A stretch of DNA of 64,000 nucleotides from Piromyces finnis finn (Eukaryota; Fungi; Neocallimastigomycota): NCBI GenBank assembly GCA_002104945.1, contig MCFH01000026.1:496001-560000 (forward strand), in the 5' to 3' direction. Below are positions 1-10,823 of the stretch, one piece after another. The notes under the pieces are model-generated. The model was not told the DNA's origin, did not search any database, and worked only from the letters and a program-made list of their open reading frames with translations. Position 1 is the stretch's first letter; the number at the start of each line of letters is the position of its first letter. The position numbers and the translations under genes were made by a program.

Positions 1-256
1 AATATCTTTTTATAATTCCTTTTTTCCTCTTGGATTTTAACAAGTTTTAGGTAAAGTATTACAATTTACCTCTACACAAATATTATTTTTACATTACTAC
101 CAAAAGATTATAATTATTTTTTAATTTTCAATACCATGGTCCTTTATAAAGTTTTATTTTTATCCTAAAACTTTGTATACTTATTTGGATAATACTTTTC
201 AGTAAAAATCAACTTTTTATTATTTTTAACTTTTAATGAATAAATAGTATTAATAT

Positions 257-318
257 AAACCACCATTGGGATTTACTATTCTGATTGATGGGAGAAATAC
301 ACTTGGAAGTTAAAAAAA
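257..318 (+). mobile_element. Old 5'-truncated fragment of the SINE 3' end with short A tail
   Basis: The reverse complement (ttttaacttccaagtgtatttctcccatcaatcagaatagtaaatcccaatggtggtt) aligns to 573-630 with substitutions; it ends in an A7 run at 312-318. Confidence 0.8.
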
Positions 319-533
319 TAGGAAGAGTTTAATACGCATTATTCAAATAGGTTAATTTAGTTTAGAAATTTCTTTCTTTTTTTTTTTTTTTTAAAAAAAT
401 GTAGGATCCCTTTCATTCTTTAATAAAGGTTAGATTACTATAAAATACATGTGATAAAATCACATTATATTCACATTATATGTCATCTTATTGGTGGAAA
501 TTTAATTATTTTATGGATTTGATCTTTTAATTG

Positions 534-535
<2 letters not shown>

Positions 536-577
<42 letters not shown>

Positions 578-1110
578 TTCCGAGTGCATTTCTCCCATCG
601 ATCAGAGTTAGCTCCAATGGTGGTTCTTAGAGAAACGTTGGCTCATTCCTATTGCTAGGTGGTTGTGACCCTCCTGGTCTGTCATACTGTTTCTTCAGCT
701 TCGACGCTCACTTAATCCATGTACATTAGATGCATGTCGTTGTACGATATTTCACAACTACAATGCTAAGCCTCTTATAGTCAATTTGATCACGTGTCAA
801 CCGCCCCCTAATGTTTACACTTAAATTGATTAAGGAATATTATGTGTTTTTGGCATAGCCTAAGTCACCACTTATTAAGTTCTAATTTGGAATGTACCAT
901 GTACACTAGACCCTCTCAGGCCGGCTAGACGAGTGTTATTATCATAGTAGTAAATTAGAAAGTTCATTTATACTTACCTGAATATCATAACCCAACCCAT
1001 GGCAAACCCAGTGGGAAAATCCACAGGCACTGACATCTGCGGGGTCGAACCAGAAGCCTTATGTATGCTAAGGAAACGCCTTAACAACCAGGATAAAAAC
1101 TGGAACGACC
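536..1110 (-). mobile_element. tRNA-derived SINE, full-length copy 1
   Basis: Poly(A) tail (T run 536-574). 12-bp TSD cttttaattgaa at 524-535 and 1110-1121. The head has a B box GGTTCGACCCC and an anticodon-like stem CCTTA-7nt-TAAGG. Near-identical copy at 35363-35922. Confidence 0.9.
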
Positions 1111-1443
1111 TTTTAATTGAAAGTCACCAAATTTTTCGAAAAAAATTTTTTTTTTTTTTATTTTTTTGCTTTTTACTGTATACCACCACCTCTCAAAAAA
1201 CCTTTTTTTTTTAAACAATAAAAAAGTATATAAAGATCAACTTTTTTTTTCATATTTTATAATTTTGTCAAAGTAATTATACCGCCTTTTTTTTATTTCT
1301 TTTTTTTTTTTATAGTCAAATTTTCTTTTTTTTTTTTTTTATTTAAATATTAAAAAAATAAATTAATAAATTTTTTAAAATTTATTTTTTTTTAAATATA
1401 AAAATATAAAAAAAAAATTTTTTTTCTTTTTCTTTTTTATTAT

Positions 1444-1475
<32 letters not shown>

Positions 1476-1788
1476 GAAAATTTAAATTCTTTTTGTTGTT
1501 TTTCTTTTTTTCTTTTTTTCTTTTTTTTTATTAAAAAAAATAAAATATTTTTATAAAAAATAAAAAAAGTTTACTTTCAAAACTAAGAAAAAGAAGAAGA
1601 AAAAGAGAATTTTTTTTAAAAAAAAAAAAAAATAAAAATTAAATATAATAAAGAAATCAAAATAATTTAACAAAAAAGAATTATCGAAATATCGAAATAT
1701 TTACTAATTATATTTATATATAAAATAAATAAATAAATATCAATTTTATTCTATATATACAAAAAAAAAAAAACATTTTCTTTATAAA

Positions 1789-2571
1789 ATGTCAGATAAA
1801 TCTGCTACTACACCAGAATTTACAATGGATTCAAAAATTGTCATTGCTATTATTGCTGTGACTGTTACTACAGTTGCTGCTGTTGTATGTACAAGAAAAT
1901 ATATATTAGATAAAAAACAACCCACCTCACCCGAAAAACGTATATTAAGAAGAAAACAAAGATCGATGATGAAAAGTATTATTTCCATTGAAGATTCAGC
2001 AAAAAAAATGTTGGAAGATATTAAAAAAGTTCAAGGAATTATAGTGGAATTTATGAAAAAGAAAAAGGAAACAATAGATGATGAAAATACTATCGTTGAA
2101 GCAGATACAGTCACTGCTACTACTGATAATGAAAAAACAGATAATGAAGGTAAGGCTCAACAACAAGTCAAACCTTCTGAACCTCAATCGTTAACAGATA
2201 TTAGAGTGGATGGTTTATTAATGGAAATGAAATTAAAAGGTCTTGACGAATTTTTATTACGTCTTTTAGAACAACTTGATTCACTTCGTCCAAATGCTTT
2301 AATGGATGAAGCAAGAGAAATGTGTGCCGATAAAGAAGATCTTACTGATGTTATACCCTACATTGAACATAAAGTAGAAAAAATAAAAAAGAGAAAAAAG
2401 ACTATTGTTGTTAAAATTCAAAGTTATCTTGATAATGTTGATAAATTAGTTCATACTGTTTCAGGACAAAATAAAGATATTACTGTGGTGGAATCTGTTG
2501 CTCAACTTTGGGAAGTTAAAGAGAATGAAGAGGATACTTTATCTAATGATGATGAAAAGAAGGATAAATAA
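1789..2571 (+). CDS. N-terminally membrane-anchored BAG-domain protein (Snl1-like Hsp70 co-chaperone)
   Basis: Hydrophobic anchor IVIAIIAVTVTTVAAVVC, a coiled coil, then the BAG-like pattern LDEFLLRLLEQLDSL...KRKKTIVVKIQSYLDNVD. Single exon, 260 aa. Confidence 0.7.
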   Translation: MSDKSATTPEFTMDSKIVIAIIAVTVTTVAAVVCTRKYILDKKQPTSPEKRILRRKQRSMMKSIISIEDSAKKMLEDIKKVQGIIVEFMKKKKETIDDENTIVEADTVTATTDNEKTDNEGKAQQQVKPSEPQSLTDIRVDGLLMEMKLKGLDEFLLRLLEQLDSLRPNALMDEAREMCADKEDLTDVIPYIEHKVEKIKKRKKTIVVKIQSYLDNVDKLVHTVSGQNKDITVVESVAQLWEVKENEEDTLSNDDEKKDK

Positions 2572-3927
2572 TTTTTTTTTATATATAATTTTATTTAATA
2601 ATAATAAAAAAGAAAAAAAACAAAATAGATAAAGAAAAGATATATTTTAACTTTATAAACCAACTCTATTTAAATGAAGATTAGCCATAAAGTAAAAAAT
2701 AAACTATAATCTTTTATCTTTTATAAATAAAATAAAAAAAATAAAATAAAATAAAATAAATAAGCCTAAATATTTAGAAAAAAAAAAAAAATCAAGACAA
2801 TGTATCATTAGAAATACATATTATATATATTATATATAATTATAATTATATCTATTTATTATATATTTATTATTCAACTATAGAGTTTCTTAAGTGTGTC
2901 ATTATTAATGTATAAAAAAGAAAGAAAAAAAATACAAATTAACTAATGGTTACTTTTTTTTTTATTTCCCCAAAAAAAAAAAAATAATCTATTTATTATT
3001 TAAATAGAAATATTATTTTATTCCTTCCTTTTTTTTTTTTTTAAGACTATGGAAATTAAGACCATGATGATGATGTTTTTTTTTTTTTTTTTTTTTTATA
3101 ATTAGTTTAATTTGTATTGATCATCCATATAATGTATATTAATTCTCTTCTACGATCTTTTTTTTTTTTTTTTTTTTCCCTCCTCCTAAATTTTAATAAG
3201 CACAATATACTATATGGACGACAACAATCGACAAAATTATTTATACCTATAAAAAAAGAAAATGAAATTCCCCCTTTCTTTTCTTTTTTTTTTTTTTTTT
3301 TTTTTTTCTTTTGTTTTGTTATTTCTATTATTATGAATAATTATTTTAATATATATATATATATGTATATTTTATTCTCATTTTAATAAATAGCCTTTTT
3401 TTTTTTGATGTTATTATTTAGATTTAGATTCTTGAGGAGGTGGTGGTGTTGGTTGATAATGATACCATTAAAAATCGTTTTGTAGTGGTGTTGATGGTGG
3501 ATCATAAAAAATAATAACATACCAATGAAAAAAATAAAAAAAATTTTTTTTATCCTTCCTCTTTTTTTTATTTTTATTTTTATTTTTATTTAAATATTAT
3601 AATTTATTAAATCCTTCATTTTTTTTTTTTTTTTTTTTTATGATGATGAGAATGATGTTTTTTTTTTTTTAATTTTTTTATTTTTAAAATTATGTATATA
3701 TATTTTTTATGTAATAGGATATAAATATTATTTTTAATTTTTATCTTTGTTTATTATAAACTAATAATAATAAAAAAATAAAAAAAAAAAAGATGAAATT
3801 ATTATTACTTTACTATATAATATATATAATATATATATATAAAATATTATTATTTTTTTTTTTTTTAAATATATATATATATATATATATTGGAAAATGA
3901 CTTTTATATATATATATAAAATTGTGG

Positions 3928-3963
<36 letters not shown>

Positions 3964-4104
3964 TTCTCATTATAAAAGTAAAAAGTAGTAGTAGGTTAAA
4001 ATAATATCTTTAAATATATTATATAGAAATATATTAAAAAAAAAAAAAGTATAAAATAAAATGCTAGTATTATTAATTATTATTATTTTTCTTTTTTTTT
4101 AGAA

Positions 4105-7100
4105 TTATTTAGCTTTGCTTTTAGTTTGATTAAATGAATTCAAATATTCAAGTGGTGACATTTGTGTAGTAGTGTCGTAGGGTGATGTCGCTTGTCCATT
4201 ACCACCCATTCTAACTGCCATAATCGCTGGATCTTGGAATGGAATATTCATCATAGAGGATTGACCATGGGGTTGAACTACTATAGTAAATAATAAAATA
4301 TTGGGTATTGTAATAAAATATATTAAATTGTTAGTTGAGCATTACGATTCATAGTATTATTATATATGCATCATTTGCAATAATTTAAAATTTTAAAAAA
4401 CATTAATCTTTTTTTTTTTTTATATCGTTTTATAAGTCAAAAATTTAACATTCATTTCTACCATTTTTTCTTTTTCATAAAAAACTATTTTTGATGTAAA
4501 AGAAAAATAAAAACTATGTAATAGTTACCATTTTGTTTTTGATGTAACATTTGGCCAAAGAAATCACCTGGTAATTGTTGTTGTTGTTGTTGAGAATTTG
4601 CTGCGTTAGCATTATTCATTCTTTGATAAAGTTGTTGTTGTTGTTGTTGTTGCTGCTGTTGTTGTGGATGCTGATTTGTATTCATAAAGGCTTGTTGTTG
4701 ACGTGGAGTAAAAGTATAATTTTGGTATTGTTGTTGGACTGAATTTTGATATTCAAGTTCAGGACTAATCATAGAATTTACATAGTTTATATTATTAGCA
4801 TTACCATTCATATTGGTATTAATGCCGTGTAAACGTTGTAAATTATTATAATTGGAAGCGGCAGTATTATATTGATTACCAGCATTATTATTCATTTGAA
4901 TATTATTATTGGCACGATTCATATTATTAAGAATATTATTCTGAAGATTACTCATATCATTAATGCTATTCATGCTACCAGAATTATTCATAACAAGAGA
5001 ATTTAAGGATTGAATATTTTGTTGATATTGTTGATTTGGTAAATTCATTTCATTCCAATTTTCATTGGTACCACCCATTGGAAGATTTTGTGTAGCTGCT
5101 GCTGCTGCTGCTGTATTAGACAACATATTATTTTGATAGAGATTGTTTTGACCATTGAATAAATTACGAACTTCATCAGAATTTGGTAATTTACGTTTTA
5201 TTATGTTGTTAAGTGAAGTAGCAATATCATTATTTGAATTTTGTGACATCATTCTTGATAATTTTTTTTCTGGTGGTATTTCTGGAGATAGCATTGCTTT
5301 TGCTTGTAAAGGAATGGTTTGATTGGCATATAATTTTTGTAATCTATTCATATTTTTATTATTCATATCAAATTTATTACTATTGTAATTTTGACTTAAT
5401 TGTTGTTGGTAACTTTCAAAAGGTGCAAGCCTTAATTTTTGTTGAAGTTTAGCTAATGCTGTAAATATTTCTTCTTCTACTCATTTAAAAATTCGGAATT
5501 TCATTTTTTTATATTTAATTAATGATATTTTTTTTTAAAAAAAAAAAAAAAGATTAGATTAGTATAAAATGAAATATAAATTTATAGTATACAAAATATA
5601 TATATATATATATTAATAATATTAATAATAAAAAATAGTGTTTTTTATTGGGGTAAAATGGACTATAAAGTCCTATTAGAATAAATCTATAGAAATCATC
5701 ATAACATAATAACATGAAAAAAAAAAAAAAAAGAAATGAAAACTTTTATACTATATATTGATTCCTATTTTACCTGTAAAGTGGAATGGATCTTCACAGA
5801 ATGGATTAAATGGTCCTTCATATTTATGTTGAAGATTATTTATAGCATTTGGTACATTATCATCTTCATTTTGATTATTGTTGTCTGATAAAGCAGAGGA
5901 TCCAGTATATAAATTTTCATAGACAATTTTGTAATTCTTTGGCTTTGGATTTAGGGATACTTGATTTGTTGTATTAGATGTTGGTGGTGTAGTATTATTT
6001 GAGGCTACAGTTTGGGCAGTAGTGGTAGTAGTAGTGGTGGTGGTGGTAGTAGTAGCAGCAGTAATAGCAGGAGATTTTGGTTGAGATATACTTTGACTTT
6101 TATTATCTGTGTCGTTGGGTTTATTGTTGGATTCCGCATCATTTAATTGAGAATTGGAAGAAAGGATTGGAGTGTTGATACCTGAACTGGATTTTGATTT
6201 AATATCTTCTTGATCTGATGATGTTGAATTATTATATACAGGTTTGTTAGTATTGAGTGAGGCGTTGACATTATTATTGGATGAGGTTAAGGTATTTTCC
6301 AATGCTTTGTTAAGTGAGATACTTGAAGAGTTATTACTAAGATTTGAGGTAGAAGATACAAGGGATTGTTGACTTGATGATCCTGTAATTTTATGGAGGT
6401 CATTTTTAGTACTTGTGGTTTTAATTTGTCCAGAACTTGAGGAATAAGCCTTTTCACTTTCTTGTTTTGGTTTTGAACTGGCAACCTTGTTCAATGAAGA
6501 GTTCGACGATGATGATTTTGTTAATTTTGCCCTATAAAATATTCATATCATAAAAATACAAAATTTTTTAATTTTTAACCTTTTAAATCAAACATGTTTT
6601 TATATTTATTTTATATCTAATACGCTTATTATATATTATTATGTGTTTTTTTTTTTTTTTATTTTATTTTATTTCCTTACCAGCTTGCAGTAACAGGTAA
6701 CGCTGAACCTTCCTCTTTTTTATCATCCTTATTAAATGATGATGGATTAATAATTTTAAATGAGGTCTATAAAATTATTAAAACACAATAGATTAGAATA
6801 TATTTATATTTTTCAAGTTTATGAAAATTACCATAAATTTATTTTTTTTTGACTTACTTCTTTGTATGGGAATGAGGCTTTAGCACTTGTTAATTCCTTT
6901 TGAACATTATGCTTACTTTGATTAAGTGTTTCATCTTTTTCTTTAGAATAGGAATCTGCTTCTTCTCCTGGTTCATGAAGATACATACAATTTGGATTTT
7001 GACATTGTTGTCCCTTAAGATAGTTTGTACAATATTTAGTGGTACCATAGGAAGCTCTGTAATAAGCATATTTATTAATGAAGAAAGAAATTTTTTAATT

Positions 7101-8170
7101 TTTTTTTTTAATAAAACAAGCATTAAAATATATATGAATTGGTGATGGTCCATTTATTTCATAAAAAAAAATACCCTTCTCTTGGGGGTCCAAGTCCGGC
7201 CCCTCTAAAAGAAGGAGTATCTTTTCTAGATCATAAATTAATGTAATATTTTTTCCAATATTTACTAAAATTACTTACTTGATTGTTCTTCCTTCACAGA
7301 GTGTACCATCTACAGCAATGATAGCTTTTGTTGCATCTTCTTTTTTGGCATAAGTAATATAAATACTGATATTGGTGCTAGTTCCTTGTGGGGTATTATG
7401 TATTTTTTTGTTAATGACTACTTTGGTGATTTTACCATATTTACCAAAATATTCATATTGTCTTAATGTCTTTTTTTTTTTAAAAAAAAAAATTTGTAAT
7501 ATTTATAATTTTTTTTTTAAATATTAAAAGAATGACCATTAGTTTTTTCTTTTTAATAAATAAATTTGTTCATTAATACTAGAGAATATATATATACCTC
7601 TTCTGTTGCCAATTTAGCTGGAATACCAATAACATAAACCAAATTCTTTTGAACTACTCTTACATTGGACAAATGTTTTCTAGCATTTTGTTCTTGTTCT
7701 TTTCTTTCACGTTCCTTTGCCCTTTTTTTAGCTTTTATTTCTTGTAGTCTAACATTTTAATTTTATTTATAATTTTAGGCATTAATACGGGCAAATATTA
7801 TAAATTTTTAATAATTGTTTATTATTTCTAGGTATACTTACTCTTCTTGAGGTATAGGAGTAAATTCTACTGTTTCTTTTGAATATGGTCTTCTACATGC
7901 TGGACAGAGTCCATTGCATTCTTCTAAAATATGATTCCAGCAAAATCTACAAATCTTTTTTTTATTTATTTTTATTTTTTATTGTTATTTAACGACAATA
8001 GATTTATTAATATCACTTTTTATTTTATTTTTGTGAAAATAAATATTTTAAAATAATAAATATACCTGATATCCACAAGCACATGGTTTAAAATTTCTAT
8101 CTGCTAAATCAATTTCTTCCATACAAAGAGGACATACTAATTCCTCGTCTTCTGATAAATAAGATGACAT
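4105..8170 (-). CDS. NOT4: CCR4-NOT E3 ubiquitin ligase NOT4/MOT2 (multi-exon)
   Basis: Spliced reading gives RING CPLCMEEIDLADRNFKPCACGYQICRFCWNHILEECNGLCPACRRPY, RRM VRVVQKNLVYVIG...EYFGKYGKI, CCCH finger ASYGTTKYC...CQNPNCMYLHE, a low-complexity tail (ORFs 5751-6494 and 4485-5366) and a last exon with FQDPAIMAVR. Introns are GT-AG. Confidence 0.95.
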
Positions 8171-9720
8171 TCTGTTTAATAGAAATTTTATTAAAAATTA
8201 GGATAACATTAATGATAACGTTAATAATAATAATATTATTATTATTATTGGTTAATTAATTATACAACTATATATAAATCTATATATAAAGAAAAATATA
8301 TAACAACAGCAACAGTAATTAACAAATATTATTATATTAGAATGAATATTTTTATTTATTTTTTTTGAAGCAGGTATTGTTTATGATCCATCAAATCTAA
8401 TTTATTTATTTAATTTTTTTGAATATATGTTAAATGCTATTTTTTTTTTTACAATATATACACTTTTTATACTCATTTTATCATATTTATCCATATTTAA
8501 ACCATAACACTATTGCTATTATTATGCTAGTGCCTTATTTTGATTAATTGCTTTTGTTAGTATAATTCATTCTATGGATAAATTATATTATTTACAAGTC
8601 TTTTCAAAGAAGTGTTTTTTTAAACTAGATATAACTTTATCAATTTATTTCATAAACCCTTCCCCCTACAAAACTACTGGAAAAAAAGTTTTTGTTTTTA
8701 TTTATAAGAAATATTTTGAATAATATATTTTGTGTAATATATATATTTTGTTATATTATCCAACTTTTTCTTTCACTTTTCTTTTTCGTTTTTTTTTTTT
8801 TCCACAATATATATATATATTTTTTATTTTCTACTTTAAACAACTATTTATAGTATATTGATTTATCATATTTTAAATTATATATTTTGTTAAAAAGATA
8901 TAAAAAATACAATATTTAATTAACATTTACTTCCTATTAAATCGGTAAAGGTTTTTTTTTTTTTTTTTTTTAAATACTTAAATAAGTTTTATTATTATAT
9001 ATATATATATTTTTGAAAAAAATAAAAAATGTATTTGAAATAGCTTTTTTTTTTTCTTCTTCTTCTTTTATTATATCTTTTTCTTTTAATAAAAAGGTTT
9101 AGTTCATTCTAAGTGTGGTGGTGTTTGATTATATTGAAATTATATGAATAAATATGAATAGAATAATATATAATTTTTTCTTTCTTTTCTATTTTTCTTT
9201 CTTTATTTTTATTTTATAATATAATTTAATTTATATATATATTTTTAAATATATATTTTTTTATTTTTAATTTTATTTTATTTTTATTTTTTTTTTTTTA
9301 TTTGTTGCAATCGTTGATGAATGTTTCTATTGAAAGGTTTGATGACATTGAATATTTTTTTTTCTTATTTTTTTTTTTCTTATTTTCTTTTTATGTTTAT
9401 TATTATTTTTTTTTTCCCTTTAATAATAAAAAAGAAGAAAAAGATACAATATTATCCTTTTTTTTTTATTTTCTTTTTTATAGTACAATTATACAAAAAT
9501 AACAATAACAATAACAACAGCAAAAAAAAAAAAAAAGTCCTATAACCGTTTTATTTTTTTTTTTTTTTTTTTAAAAGCCAACAAAAAAAATATTTTAATA
9601 ATAATAATAAAAAAAAAAATGAATAAAAAAAAATAAAAAAATAAAAAAAAAATTATATTTAAATATTAAAATTTTTAAAGAATTTTAAACTCTTTTTTAT
9701 TTATTAAAAAAAGTCCAAAA

Positions 9721-9759
<39 letters not shown>

Positions 9760-10823
9760 TGCTTTTTTTGCAAAAAAAGAAAAATAAAAAAAATAAAAAA
9801 AATAAAAAAACAATAATAATTAATAGAATAGTTTAAATAATTATTATTTCTTTATTTTATTTTCAATGTTTTATTATTCTTTTTATATTTCAATTCTTCC
9901 TAATTAAAAGAGTTAAAAATTCAAACTTTGAATATTTTATTTTAAAATTTATAATACCTTTTTTTTAAAAAAAAAATGAAGTTAAAATTATTTTATTGTT
10001 TCCTTTATATTAGAAATAATAAAGAATGCTTTGAATATCTTGAATATCTTGAATGAGGAATTATACATTTTGAATCCTAATAATAATAATAATAATAATA
10101 TTATGGGTAACAGCTTCATATGGAAATTTTATATTCATTAAGAATTAGAATAACCTAAGCAATGTTATTATCTTATAAATAAAAAAAAAAAAGTATTTAA
10201 TAAAAAAAAAAAAAAACCCAATTAGAATTAATTATTAAGGCATACTAGAATAATATCTATAGATAAATTTGCTTTACAAGGTATTAATTAAAATAGAAAT
10301 GCTTTTTTTTTTTTTTTTTTTTCATTTTGAATCAGTTCACTAATAAAGAAATAACACCCCCCCAAAAAAAAAAAAAAAAAAAAAAAACTTGAATAACTTA
10401 ATAATAGAGAGGAAAACACAAAATTAATAAACGTAGAAAAAAAAACTGTTTTTTTACCATTTTCTATTCCTTTTAAAGTTATTATTTGCTTTTAATTTAG
10501 GCTTTATTAATTTCAATTTTTTTTTTTTTTTCTTTTTTTTTAAATAGAAAATAATAAATTTTATGCGATGATATAGTCTATATTTATTTACATAATAATT
10601 TATTATTACTTAATTTTTTTTTTTTTTCGAATAAAAAAATAAACTTAAAATGGTTAACGTCTATTACTTATTCATGACTATGTAACTAATAAAAAAAATA
10701 TTATTTCAGTAAAAAAAAAAGAAGTATATATATTCTATTGTGATTCCTTTTTTTCTTTTTAAAAAATATATATAAAACCTTTTTATCTTTGTGTGTTATC
10801 TGCGTTGTTTTTTTTTTTTTTTT

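Noticed and set aside
970-980. ATACTTACCTG as the start of a U1 snRNA gene
   Set aside because: Nothing downstream resembles U1 stem-loops or an Sm site. It is the reverse complement of a splice donor inside the SINE.
999-1214. 71-aa ORF (and the 65-aa ORF at 35474-35671)
   Set aside because: Both are antisense to the SINE. The first runs into poly-T flank and has no counterpart in copy 2.
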